DNA of 64,000 bases, from the NCBI GenBank assembly GCA_965230915.1, contig OZ246395.1, positions 600,935 through 664,934 on the forward strand, written 5' to 3'. The first letter of the stretch is position 1; every line of letters begins with the position of its first letter. This document shows, in pieces, positions 49,885 through 60,343 of this stretch. The DNA comes from an uncultured Candidatus Saccharibacteria bacterium. GTDB taxonomy: Bacteria > Patescibacteriota > WWE3 > 2-01-FULL-39-13. Under the pieces are notes generated by a model. The model was not told the origin of the DNA, did no database searches, and was given only the letters and a program-made list of their open reading frames with translations. The position numbers were made by a program, and so were the translations under genes.

Positions 49885-52137
49885 ATGATTAAGAAATATA
49901 TAATCTACATAGCTTTTTTAGTTTTCGCAGTCTCATATTCATTCTTTTTATTCTCAAAATTTCCTAACGACAAATTTTTATTTATTGGCGATCAATTTTT
50001 CCGCTTTTCTAAGGAAGAAATAAACGAGAATGCATTTTACATTCGAAAATTAGAAAACTTTGGGGTTTTTAATGCATGGCAATTAACTGTTCAAACTCCC
50101 GAAATATTATATTACACAACTGTATATAATATTGGATTAACACCCCGACAGGCAGAACAACTACTATTCGCATTAATAATCTTTATAACGCTGTCTCTAT
50201 CCTATTATTCTTTTAATAGGTTAAAGGAAATTTTTTCCCCAAGAGCAAATGATTGGCTGGTGCTGGCAATAGCTGTTTGGTATTCGATGAATCCATATTT
50301 AATGGTTTTGTGGCACGGGGCTACTTATAACTTCGGGTCATCACTTACATATTCGCTGGCGCCGCTAATTTTATATTACTTTCATAAGTCGATCATCGAC
50401 TTCACCGCATCCAAAAGTCGACTTATATGCGCCGTTTTAATGTTTCTGGCATCTTTTACCTTTTGGATGTTTGCGGCATATATATTTTTCCTTGCGATGT
50501 ATTTTGTTTTGTATCTTTGTTTCAACAGAAAAATGATAGGTGTCGCAGTCATAAATCTATTAAAACTTGGGCTTTTGTATCTTCCACTATGCGCAATAAT
50601 GATTTATCCATTACTGCATGAAAACTTTAATAATAATGCAGATGTAAATGGTGCTTTTGCACCTATGTTTACTCAAATTAAAGGTGGAATGCTCTATCAG
50701 TTTTTAATGTATTTTTCTTGGGGCATTTATAACTATTGGACCCCAAGATCTATTTATCCCGAAAGTATTACGAATTTTTATTTCTCCCCTTTTTATATAG
50801 GGTCTACTGTTTCCTTGTATGCTTTACTTTTAATTCCAATAGTTAATAAATTTAGAAATAAATCAGATGAAAAACTCTCGAGAATTGTAAATCGTAACTT
50901 TTTTATTGCTATTTTTGCTCTTATTTTTATAGTTTCTATCTTCTTAGGAAAAGGACCAACAAATCCATTTGGACAAATTTTTATATTTCTATACAATCAT
51001 TTCCCATTTTTTAATGTATTTAGAAGCTCAGATTATAGATTTGGATTTACATCAGTTTTAGCATTGTCATTATTATTTTTAATAGTTCTGCCACATATAA
51101 AGAAGGTAAAATACGCGGCAATCTTACTCTTCTTATTAACTTTTATACAAAATTACATATTCTTTGACACCTCGCTTATAATCGGACAGAATAAACAGCC
51201 GGATTTCACTGACCGCGTTGTTACAATTCCGCAAGACTATAAAGAATTAAAAGACTTTTTTGATAATGATAAGGAGACATCTTATATTTATGCTGATCCA
51301 TCTGTTGAATTCGGAACTTATAACTTAGGCGTTGATGAAAAGCACACAGGACAAGACTTACTACCCAAAATAATCGACCAACCAATGGCATATATACCTG
51401 TAACGACAGGCATGTCTATTCCTACTGCACAGGTTTTGTATACAGCTTTAGTAAATAAGCAATTTGAACTATTGAAACTACTTCCGCTTAAATACATTGT
51501 TTTGCGTAATGATACAGTTTGCGTTGACTGCGCACTCATAGAATCGGAAGATATAAAAGATGGTTTTACTGAATTGTTCTCAAATAACACTTTTAAAGTT
51601 TTGGGCATCTACGATCATACTCCACTTATAAGATCTAGCGACACATCAGTTGTAACATACGATATCGTGTCACCAGTAGAATATAAAGTAAGCATGGTAG
51701 GCATGACCGGCCCAGCAATCCTAAGTTTACTGCAAAGTAACAGCAGTAATTGGTCAGTTTATCTAAATAAATATGAAGAACCACTGTGTGAAAATATTGT
51801 TAGGGTTAATGGCACTACTTACCAATGCGAAAGAACCAAACATCTTCTAAATTTAAGAAATTTACAATTACCTTCAAATGTAAAAATAAGCGGTAAAACA
51901 TATTCGCAGAATCTAAACCATATGAATTCATGGGAAATTGACCCGGCATATATATCTACCTCATATGACCAAAGTTACTCCCAAAAAAATGAAAATGGCA
52001 CTTATGATCTTTTACTCACCATATATTACAATCCACAAACTTCTTATATGAGATATGCCGCACTATCAATTATTCTACTTATCTCTTATATTGTACTTAT
52101 AGCTTTTAATGATAAGTATTTTAAAATCAGACTCTAA
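49885..52137 (+). CDS. large polytopic membrane protein, putative GT-C-type glycosyltransferase
   Basis: 750 aa. An FLFIGDQFFRF loop after TM1, more than 12 TM segments, a ~300-aa extracytoplasmic C-domain, and a C-terminal TM anchor. Confidence 0.4.
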   Translation: MIKKYIIYIAFLVFAVSYSFFLFSKFPNDKFLFIGDQFFRFSKEEINENAFYIRKLENFGVFNAWQLTVQTPEILYYTTVYNIGLTPRQAEQLLFALIIFITLSLSYYSFNRLKEIFSPRANDWLVLAIAVWYSMNPYLMVLWHGATYNFGSSLTYSLAPLILYYFHKSIIDFTASKSRLICAVLMFLASFTFWMFAAYIFFLAMYFVLYLCFNRKMIGVAVINLLKLGLLYLPLCAIMIYPLLHENFNNNADVNGAFAPMFTQIKGGMLYQFLMYFSWGIYNYWTPRSIYPESITNFYFSPFYIGSTVSLYALLLIPIVNKFRNKSDEKLSRIVNRNFFIAIFALIFIVSIFLGKGPTNPFGQIFIFLYNHFPFFNVFRSSDYRFGFTSVLALSLLFLIVLPHIKKVKYAAILLFLLTFIQNYIFFDTSLIIGQNKQPDFTDRVVTIPQDYKELKDFFDNDKETSYIYADPSVEFGTYNLGVDEKHTGQDLLPKIIDQPMAYIPVTTGMSIPTAQVLYTALVNKQFELLKLLPLKYIVLRNDTVCVDCALIESEDIKDGFTELFSNNTFKVLGIYDHTPLIRSSDTSVVTYDIVSPVEYKVSMVGMTGPAILSLLQSNSSNWSVYLNKYEEPLCENIVRVNGTTYQCERTKHLLNLRNLQLPSNVKISGKTYSQNLNHMNSWEIDPAYISTSYDQSYSQKNENGTYDLLLTIYYNPQTSYMRYAALSIILLISYIVLIAFNDKYFKIRL

Positions 52138-52139
52138 CT

Positions 52140-53876
52140 ATGATCGAATCTATACTTTCCAATTATTGGGGAGATTCTGCCGCAAGCTTATATTCAAGCA
52201 ATGTATCTCCCGAATCATTTTCTAGCACAATTGTTTACCTTTTCCGGGGAATGTTTGGTGTTCCAGGAATATATAATTTTTTAATTATATTAGGTTTTTT
52301 TACAACATGGATTATCGGATTTTTAATTATAAGAAAGGAATTTAGAAATAATTTAGTAGGTATATTCTTCGCAACTCTTATTACTTTTGCACCGCTAAGA
52401 ATTCGTTATTCGATGGAATGGCCAACATTAATTTCCTGGGGCTTCTGCTTTGCAATGGTATACTTCAGCTATAAATACATAACACGGTCAAAAATCTCAT
52501 ATGCGATACTAGCTGGACTGTTCTTCTGCTTAGCTTTTACAGAGCACCCATATTCCGGAATAATTTTGCCTTCGGTTACAGGAATCTCCACATTTATTTT
52601 TTTACTAATTCAAAAACAAAAGAAGTATTGGATAAACGCAATAATCCTCCTTATTATACTTGGCGCATTTTCCGCCCCAGGTTTTTATAACATCTTTAAA
52701 ACGCGTGAGTATATTAGCGGCGAATCAAATTATTTATCATTAAGCCGGAGTGAGGCTGACAGATGGGCTTATTCCGCGAAACCATGGAATTACTTCGTGC
52801 CCGATATCGATAACCCCATTCTTGGCGATACTGCGGTGAAAATTAACTACTGGATATGGGGACAAACACCCTACTATCTAACAGAGCCGTTCTTTCCTAA
52901 AGAACATACTTTATATGTAGGAATAACTCTATTTATTTTAGCTTGTTTTACTTTATATAAAACATATATAAAGAAGGATCAAGCAATACTAAAGTATAAA
53001 GAGCTAACCCTATTCTTCGCATTAATAGGTTTGACTGCTTTTATATTCAGCATGCCACCTCATGCACCAATTAATGGAGTAAAAATATATTTTCCGTCGG
53101 CTATTATTTACCAAATAGCACCACAGTTAAGGGCATTTGCACGCTTCGGCATTCTAGTATTTATTGCGAATGCTGCTCTGGCCACAATCGGATTTAATTA
53201 TCTTCTTAACCTAGAGATAAATAGAAAAATAAAATATACTCTTATATTGTTGATCTCGATACTTGTTATAGTCGAATTCTCAACAAACTTCTTCTCTAAA
53301 AGTATTTCTTCTATCCCAACCACTCCATATAAGTGGCTCGCACAGCAACCCGGAAATTTTACACATTTAGAAATTCCAAGGCGGACTGATTATACTGACT
53401 CACTTTATAATGTGTACTACGATAGACCAATAATTAACCGATACCTAAATACATCTAAGCAAGTTAAAGAAATTGAAGATTCGATTATATATGATATCGG
53501 GGACTCAAAGGAATTGATCTGCAATCACTTTGTAAACTCATTAAATGGGAAATATATCGTATATCATAACGAAGATCTTATAAAGCGCACTATAGTAGAG
53601 GATTTTGTTAAAACTGGAAAGGTAACACCTGCGTTAAAAATAGCTCTAAGCGAAAGCTGGGGCCAACCGATATGGGGCAATCATCTTGAGAAATCTGAAA
53701 ATGATAAACAGAAGGACGAATTGAGAAAGAATCTACTAACCAAATTCAAAAATGATCCTAGATTAAAACAAGTTGCCGAATTTAAACAGGGAGAATTAGA
53801 CTCAGATCCGCACTACAATACAAATGACCTAGATGCAATTACAATCTTTGAAATTAACTCCGACTATTGCAAATAA
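52140..53876 (+). CDS. polytopic membrane protein, putative GT-C-type glycosyltransferase (paralog family)
   Basis: 578 aa. An N-terminal SNYWGDSAAS loop (compare SWGD in the 34571..36886 product), more than 10 TM segments, and a hydrophilic C-domain. Confidence 0.4.
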   Translation: MIESILSNYWGDSAASLYSSNVSPESFSSTIVYLFRGMFGVPGIYNFLIILGFFTTWIIGFLIIRKEFRNNLVGIFFATLITFAPLRIRYSMEWPTLISWGFCFAMVYFSYKYITRSKISYAILAGLFFCLAFTEHPYSGIILPSVTGISTFIFLLIQKQKKYWINAIILLIILGAFSAPGFYNIFKTREYISGESNYLSLSRSEADRWAYSAKPWNYFVPDIDNPILGDTAVKINYWIWGQTPYYLTEPFFPKEHTLYVGITLFILACFTLYKTYIKKDQAILKYKELTLFFALIGLTAFIFSMPPHAPINGVKIYFPSAIIYQIAPQLRAFARFGILVFIANAALATIGFNYLLNLEINRKIKYTLILLISILVIVEFSTNFFSKSISSIPTTPYKWLAQQPGNFTHLEIPRRTDYTDSLYNVYYDRPIINRYLNTSKQVKEIEDSIIYDIGDSKELICNHFVNSLNGKYIVYHNEDLIKRTIVEDFVKTGKVTPALKIALSESWGQPIWGNHLEKSENDKQKDELRKNLLTKFKNDPRLKQVAEFKQGELDSDPHYNTNDLDAITIFEINSDYCK

Positions 53877-56089
53877 ACGAAAGGAACTGATTTCTTTTCG
53901 ATAAATATTAAATAATAGTTTCCTTGCTTTAGTTCTACAAAATCGACACTACGATCCTCTTTTATATTTCCAAGAATTTTATAAATATTATCCTTTTCAT
54001 CTTCTGAAAAAATAAAGAGGTTTTTATCATAATAATCTATTGCTAATAATTGTGCTGGCATAACATCCCCTTCAATATTGTAAAAATTGTGCCCATCGCG
54101 AACTGTATTATCTGCAAAATAATAAACTGGCATTAAATCAATGTCATCACTTACTTGAATAAGCGCCTTATCCATTAAATGTCGATTATAAGCTAGTTCC
54201 AGTAGAAAGGTTAAGTTAACGTCGTATGATTTCTTAAAATAGAGATTATTAGAAATTAAACCTAAAATTATTGTTACAGAAAGTAATGCTATAAGTATTA
54301 AATTCGAAACCTTTTTGCCTAAATTGAAAATATATGTCTCTCTAATAAAAGACATAATTAACAAGAAGAACCCTGCGATAGCTAAAACAACAAAAACTAG
54401 ATAAAGCTTTATCGAAACAATTAAATTAGGCTCTATTATGTTTGCGATTCCAAATATTAAGCTTGTAAACGCAAGTGAATAAAAGCCCCCAATATAACGC
54501 TTTAGGATCAAAAATAATAAAGCAATTGACCCTACATAAAACATGCCGGCTAAAATACGACCAGTATAAACATAATTCCCAATTACATATTTAAAGACAG
54601 ATAAAAGCCAAGAGTATTGATCTACTATAAAATTAGGCTTAAATGCCTGGCTGAACATACTTAATTCTAGTCCATTTAATGGATGAGTTAAGAAAATAAC
54701 TGGAACTATAAGTGTGGCTATCGAAAGTGCGACTACAATAATTCTTTTTAAATCACATTTCTCAGGACACAGTATATTTCTGATTGTATTAATAAGATTT
54801 TGTGTAATATAAAACTTAGCAACATATGCTGATGCAATTAATACAAACATCCAAAAGAATTCTGATTTGTATGAATACATGAACCCAGCCGTTAAGAACG
54901 AAACAATCGCACCCAAAAAGCCCAAAGCTGTAAAGTCATTTTTCATGAGATAGATTCGATATAAACCGGTAATTAAAACTGCCCAAAATGCTGCAAATAC
55001 AATAAAAGACACCAGTCCAGTTTCGGCTAAAACCTCAAGCCAGAGATTGTGTAACGGTAATTTTAAGTCAAGTGCGGCCTTATCGATATAGTAGTAAACG
55101 TTTGCCCATTCTGTATTTCTAAAATATGCGTGAAATGAATTGGCCCCAATACCTAATAAGAAATTTTGAATTCCAACAATTATTCCAACCTTTAGCAAGA
55201 ATAAATGTGAGAAAAATGAAACCGACCGATATAAAAGCGATTCGCGAATGGAATCTGCTTTCCAATAAAACAATGATAAAAATCCAAGAATTCCGGCTAT
55301 TGTTGAAAGGTAGTAAATTCCGAATTGATATTTGCTGGCTGTCTTAAACTTTAAGTTTTTAAAGGACAAGACTCCGAATACTAATAGTCCAAATATAAAT
55401 CCTATTAAGGAGCTCCTTGAACTTGTTAAATGCAAAGCTGTTAAAGCCCCAATAGCTAAAAGACCAAAGAAGATCCTTGTAGCTGTCCCTACTCTATCTT
55501 TTGCAATAATAAATCCAAGTAGAATCAGAATAAGGGCTGAACAAAAAGCTCCAAAATGATTTATATCCCAAAAAGTTGAGCCATAACGAGTCGGATATTC
55601 TGGCACCGGCCAAACTCCGCCAATTGCAATTTTATAATTTGTTTGAAGATATATTTGTATTCCTAAAAATACTAGAACTGCAATAAAAGTCAAACCATAT
55701 AATGTAACTAAATCTTTAACACCATCTTTACGTTCAAAAATAAAATTTCTTACGGGAATATAAGTAAATGTAATCGCTAACTGAAAAGCTATTAATCGCA
55801 ACGAACTAACTACATCACCTGTTTGTAATAAGCTTAATGACTGAAATCCGACAAATGAAATCAAAAACCAGAAAAATATATCTTTAGAATAATCTTTGAA
55901 GTTCTTAATAAACAAAAATAGCCCAATTACAGCCAAAGATATTAGAGCATATTTAGACCAGACTAAATCAGGGTCGTAAATCGAAAACGCCTCTTTATGG
56001 TTAAATGGGATCGCAATTACTAATAAGTAAATAAGAGCGTAGTACCATTTAAAAACATCTTTTGTTGGCTTGAATAGTTTATTTAGCAT
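53864..56089 (-). CDS. Wzy_C (O-antigen ligase / PglL-like) domain membrane protein with an additional C-terminal membrane and soluble region
   Basis: 741 aa. GVWPVPEYPTRYGSTFWDINHFG and LHNLWLEVLAETGLVSF (the H-N...E-G motif of the O-antigen ligase family). The N-terminal half is paralogous to that of 56079..59150. The second half has a VDQYSW loop and further TM segments. Confidence 0.55.
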   Translation of the reverse strand: MLNKLFKPTKDVFKWYYALIYLLVIAIPFNHKEAFSIYDPDLVWSKYALISLAVIGLFLFIKNFKDYSKDIFFWFLISFVGFQSLSLLQTGDVVSSLRLIAFQLAITFTYIPVRNFIFERKDGVKDLVTLYGLTFIAVLVFLGIQIYLQTNYKIAIGGVWPVPEYPTRYGSTFWDINHFGAFCSALILILLGFIIAKDRVGTATRIFFGLLAIGALTALHLTSSRSSLIGFIFGLLVFGVLSFKNLKFKTASKYQFGIYYLSTIAGILGFLSLFYWKADSIRESLLYRSVSFFSHLFLLKVGIIVGIQNFLLGIGANSFHAYFRNTEWANVYYYIDKAALDLKLPLHNLWLEVLAETGLVSFIVFAAFWAVLITGLYRIYLMKNDFTALGFLGAIVSFLTAGFMYSYKSEFFWMFVLIASAYVAKFYITQNLINTIRNILCPEKCDLKRIIVVALSIATLIVPVIFLTHPLNGLELSMFSQAFKPNFIVDQYSWLLSVFKYVIGNYVYTGRILAGMFYVGSIALLFLILKRYIGGFYSLAFTSLIFGIANIIEPNLIVSIKLYLVFVVLAIAGFFLLIMSFIRETYIFNLGKKVSNLILIALLSVTIILGLISNNLYFKKSYDVNLTFLLELAYNRHLMDKALIQVSDDIDLMPVYYFADNTVRDGHNFYNIEGDVMPAQLLAIDYYDKNLFIFSEDEKDNIYKILGNIKEDRSVDFVELKQGNYYLIFIEKKSVPFVYLQ

Positions 56090-59000
56090 TTTCTATTTGT
56101 TCTGGCTGTTCAGGCGGGAATCCATAATCAGTTAATTGTTTAATAACATCGGCTTCTTGTGGCTCTAAAACTCTAAGTCTCATGCGTTCTATTGCTGTTA
56201 ATGGCTGTTTTAAGCGTTGTTTCTCACGAATACCTTGCAATGCAAGTTGCAATTCATTGTATTTATTATGCAATACATCAACTCTAGATAATGATTTCAT
56301 CAAAACCCAGTCGCCTGCAGAACCCTTAACATCTAAAACTAACGGGGCGTCAATCTTGTCCTGATCATCATTTACACTATAGTAAATATCAGTTGGGACT
56401 AAGAAATCTCTATTTTCATCAGGTTGAGCATCTTCGATTAAAGACAATATTTCATCTTCTTTAATGGCTTTAATCTTATGTTCGCTATAGAAAAGTAATA
56501 CCGGCGGAGCAATATTTACATAGTAAAGTTTTCGTTCAGGATATAAATCCTTCGGATATGTATCATTGAATATTTGGACAAGAGCAACTTTATCCTTGTT
56601 AAAGTCTGGATAATAAATCTTGTCGCGAATTATCACAACATAAAATGCTGAAATTAAAAACATTGCAAACAGCGCAACAGATCTTACATATATTGGATTA
56701 AATTTGGCATCAGCCTTCAAATTCGTATTTACGACATAGATAAATCTGTCAATGAATCTTGCAGCAATTAAAGCCATAAATGGATAAATCGGCATTATGT
56801 ACCATTGCAATTTGTCTTTCGAAATTGAGAAGAACAATAAAACAAAAGCTGTGCTTAGCATTAATAGCATATATTCTTTACGGTATTTTTTGTCTATAAA
56901 GAAAAGTGAAACTACCCCAAGAGCAAAAGGTAATATCCAAATTCTAAAAGCCACCTTAATAACTTCTAAAAACCACCAAATCGGTTGCTCATGCCCTAAT
57001 CCTTCGGCTCCTCTACTTATGATATGTTCGAATAAATATTTATCTATAAATTCTTGACCATGAATCATATACGAATAAATATGCCATGGTAATGCGACTA
57101 ACAAGGAAGCAAGGATAAAAGGTAAAAATCTCTTAAATGAAACTTTGTCTTTTTGTACAAAGATTAAATATAGCCAATATAACCCAAGTACAGGAACAGG
57201 AATTAATCCAATAATCGCTTTAGTCATTACACCAAGGCCAAGCATTACTCCAGCTGCAGCAGATATCCACATAGCATTTTTCTTTGTAGAAAATGCCCAA
57301 TACATTAAGTAAATCGTTGCAACAATAAAAACGGTGGCAGTTACATCAAGCATTCCATTTCTTGAATAATATAAGTAGTGTGAAGTCGAAATTAAAATAA
57401 GTGCGGCAAAAACTCCAGTTAATTTGTTATAAAGCTTATTTCCAAACTTATAAATTAAAATTACGCCTAAAATTCCAAAAGTAGTTGAAACAATTCTTGC
57501 TCCGAATGAATTGAAGTTTGTGACCTTAAATACTAAAGCAGTAAGCCACATATAAAGTGGAGGTTTTTCAAACCACATATCGTTAAGGTCTTTCCAATAT
57601 AAAGTTATCCAGTTACCACCTTCTACAATATTTCTAGCTACTTTTGCATAAATAGCTTCATCCCAATCAATTAAGGTAGTACTTCCTAAATTTAATAAGA
57701 AATAGAAAAGCGCCATTGGAACAATAATCAGATAAGGAGTTATTTTAGCTTTATACCACCAGCTCAAAACATATCCGAAATTAAAGTTAACATCAAAATT
57801 TATGAAAATGTAGCCTATCGCTAAAAACAAAGTCACCCAATAAAACTCGATATTGTATGAATAAAAGAGTCCGCCTGCAAAAAGTGCTAGCACACTACCT
57901 AAAAGCCCAATACCTAAATATTTCAAACTATCTTTTTTACTCTTAAAGACTGTAGTAATAAGCGAAGCCAAAATTAATATAGCAAACGAGGCGTAAGTAA
58001 CAATTCCAAGTCCGCCTGTTTCACCTAAGACTTCTCCCCATACGCTATGTGGAGGAACCTTAAGATCTCTTAATTTAGGTTCGCGGTCAAAATAATCAGT
58101 AGCCGTTTCGGTCTTTCTAAATGCTGGGTCAAATCCGCCATAGCCTGATCCTACTAATAAATTGTTAAAAAAGACCTCAGCAGCACCCTCTAAAAGCATA
58201 AAATGTGTATCAGTTGAATCTAAACGATAGTGCATGTAACTCGCGATCTTATCCCGAATAGAAATACCTTTATATGTTGTATAACCAATAAGCCCGGAGA
58301 ATGCTAGAACGACCACAACTAGGCTAATAGCAAGCGGCTTTCTTAAATGATTCCAATAATAGATGACAAAAGAAAGAGACATTCCGACAGATAAGCCGAT
58401 CCAAGCGCTTCGCGACTGGGTCATAAAAAGAAGCAAACACATAAAAGCTGCGCCTAAAGCTGAAATTATTTTCCATTGAACCTTTTTAACTGCAAAGATA
58501 TATGCAAATAAGATAGGAATAATAGTTATTAAAAATCCGCCATAATGGTTTACATCCCAGAAAGTTGAACCTAAGCGTGGAGGGTTACCTGGAACAACCC
58601 AAACTCCTCCGACTGAATATCTGCAACAACTTCTCAAATAATATTGGACTACAGCAAAAATACCTGCAAGCCAGGCGATACCAATATATAAATGTAAAAA
58701 ATTTCGATAGAATGATTCACCCGATTTTAAAATTTGTTGTTTAAATACAACATAAAAAGAAAGAATGATTGTATAGAAAGCAAAGAGCGAAAGACTGTAG
58801 TCTTGAACTTCTGATTTAAAAATTGATAATCCCCTAATTACCCATAATGTTAACAATAAGATTAAAAATGGATCTGTTTTTATGAAATTAACTAACAGGT
58901 CACTAAATTTTTTCCATCCATTATTTTTTATCCAGATTAGAAGTTTTACAAAAGCGACAAGTGATACTGATAAAATTGCGATTCTTATCGGAAGTAAATC

Positions 59001-59150
59001 CCATACAATAAAGCTAAATAGCTCTTTATGCATTAATGGGGTAAGTGCCAGAACATAAAAAAGACCCCATTTGAGGTTTTTTATTGAAAGTCCAAGCCCG
59101 ATTAAAAATGTCGCGACAATAATCGCTATATCTATACTTTGCGAGATCAT
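56079..59150 (-). CDS. fusion of a Wzy_C (O-antigen ligase/PglL-like) domain and an ArnT/PMT_2-like GT-C glycosyltransferase domain
   Basis: 1023 aa. The N-terminal half reads GVWVVPGNPPRLGSTFWDVNHYG...PPHSVWGEVLGETGGLG (Wzy_C). The second half reads IDWDEAIYAKVARNIVEGGNWITLY...FEKPPLYMWL (the DE..Y...A / KPPL motifs of GT39/GT83). The ~250-aa C-terminus is hydrophilic. Confidence 0.65.
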   Translation of the reverse strand: MISQSIDIAIIVATFLIGLGLSIKNLKWGLFYVLALTPLMHKELFSFIVWDLLPIRIAILSVSLVAFVKLLIWIKNNGWKKFSDLLVNFIKTDPFLILLLTLWVIRGLSIFKSEVQDYSLSLFAFYTIILSFYVVFKQQILKSGESFYRNFLHLYIGIAWLAGIFAVVQYYLRSCCRYSVGGVWVVPGNPPRLGSTFWDVNHYGGFLITIIPILFAYIFAVKKVQWKIISALGAAFMCLLLFMTQSRSAWIGLSVGMSLSFVIYYWNHLRKPLAISLVVVVLAFSGLIGYTTYKGISIRDKIASYMHYRLDSTDTHFMLLEGAAEVFFNNLLVGSGYGGFDPAFRKTETATDYFDREPKLRDLKVPPHSVWGEVLGETGGLGIVTYASFAILILASLITTVFKSKKDSLKYLGIGLLGSVLALFAGGLFYSYNIEFYWVTLFLAIGYIFINFDVNFNFGYVLSWWYKAKITPYLIIVPMALFYFLLNLGSTTLIDWDEAIYAKVARNIVEGGNWITLYWKDLNDMWFEKPPLYMWLTALVFKVTNFNSFGARIVSTTFGILGVILIYKFGNKLYNKLTGVFAALILISTSHYLYYSRNGMLDVTATVFIVATIYLMYWAFSTKKNAMWISAAAGVMLGLGVMTKAIIGLIPVPVLGLYWLYLIFVQKDKVSFKRFLPFILASLLVALPWHIYSYMIHGQEFIDKYLFEHIISRGAEGLGHEQPIWWFLEVIKVAFRIWILPFALGVVSLFFIDKKYRKEYMLLMLSTAFVLLFFSISKDKLQWYIMPIYPFMALIAARFIDRFIYVVNTNLKADAKFNPIYVRSVALFAMFLISAFYVVIIRDKIYYPDFNKDKVALVQIFNDTYPKDLYPERKLYYVNIAPPVLLFYSEHKIKAIKEDEILSLIEDAQPDENRDFLVPTDIYYSVNDDQDKIDAPLVLDVKGSAGDWVLMKSLSRVDVLHNKYNELQLALQGIREKQRLKQPLTAIERMRLRVLEPQEADVIKQLTDYGFPPEQPEQIENAK

Positions 59151-59155
59151 AAATA

Positions 59156-60343
59156 CTATAAGCTATTGGGGTTGTATAAATTTTTATAAACCTCGATAGT
59201 TTGTTTTGCTGTGTTTTCCCAGCTATACTGCGCTTTTATCTCATTACGCATATTTTCAAGCATTTTAGGCTTAAATATTGCACTAAGTATAGCATTTTTG
59301 ATGCTTTCTACGCTGTCAGGCTCGCAATAATAAGCATAATCTTTTAAGTATTCTTTTGTGCGTTCGCCAGTTGCAACTACATTCATTCCCGAAAAGGCTG
59401 CCTCTAAAGTTACAAGACCGGTTGTTTCGAACCAACTGGTATGAACAAAAATTCCATCGTGATGCATTGCAGAAGCAACAATTTCAGGTGGCTGTATCTT
59501 AATGTATATTATTTGTTTATTTTTTGAGATCTTGTCTCTAAATCTACTCGCATATTCATAGCTGTTTTTTGTCATAGCTCCAATAAATACTAAATAAAAA
59601 TCATTTAGATGACCTGATTTTTGTAATTCTTCAAATGCCTGAATTAAAGCTAATTGATTTTTACGTGGCTCGATTCGCCCAACAGCCAAAATTATTTTTT
59701 TATCAGAAATATCTATATCGAAATTTTCACTTATTAATTGGTTGAATTTTTGGGTATCTGTGTCTTCGAAAACTTTTAAATCAACACCATTAACAATTTT
59801 TTTATATTTAAACTCTGAAAAATTAAAATCGGTTTTAATATCTTCAGCCTCTTTTTCTGTTTGCACAAGAACAATATCAGACATTTTTAAAACTTCGCGC
59901 TGCTGATTTCTAAATCCACTAATTAGTTGGCTAAAAGTTGGAATAAATTTTTTAGGATAGTACATGCTTCGATAGAAGTTCTTTCCTACATCACGTAAAA
60001 CCTGCGACCTGAATATAAAATTATAAAGTTTTCGAATATCATAGGCAGCGTTTTCCTCATACTTTATAACTTCTTTTTCTGAATGGTGAATTGCAGATAA
60101 AACTACTTTTTTGCCATGTCCTTTCGCCCATTTCGCCTGTGAATATGTTTCAGGAATCCAATCAAGATTAAATAAATGAACAATATCGTAATTATTGATA
60201 TCTTCCGGCTTAATTTTTGTTTTAATATCTATTTGAATTGTTGAGTCGGCTTTTTCAATAGCAGATTTAGTATTTTCCATCTGTGCGGTATCTCCACCTC
60301 TTGGATTGTATAAGTCAATGCGTGACTGAAAGAGTACTTTCAT
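59156..60343 (-). CDS. GT4 glycosyltransferase
   Basis: ILAVGRIEPRKNQLALIQAF...TSWFETTGLVTLEAAFSGMNVVAT. Confidence 0.8.
   Translation of the reverse strand: MKVLFQSRIDLYNPRGGDTAQMENTKSAIEKADSTIQIDIKTKIKPEDINNYDIVHLFNLDWIPETYSQAKWAKGHGKKVVLSAIHHSEKEVIKYEENAAYDIRKLYNFIFRSQVLRDVGKNFYRSMYYPKKFIPTFSQLISGFRNQQREVLKMSDIVLVQTEKEAEDIKTDFNFSEFKYKKIVNGVDLKVFEDTDTQKFNQLISENFDIDISDKKIILAVGRIEPRKNQLALIQAFEELQKSGHLNDFYLVFIGAMTKNSYEYASRFRDKISKNKQIIYIKIQPPEIVASAMHHDGIFVHTSWFETTGLVTLEAAFSGMNVVATGERTKEYLKDYAYYCEPDSVESIKNAILSAIFKPKMLENMRNEIKAQYSWENTAKQTIEVYKNLYNPNSL

Noticed and set aside
49885-53876. Possibility that 49885..52137 and 52140..53876 are one gene split by a stop
   Set aside because: The second ORF has its own ATG 2 nt after the TAA. 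It also begins with its own N-terminal acidic loop plus TM1, matching the start of the paralog at 34571..36886. I treat them as two genes, although a read-level check would be cheap.
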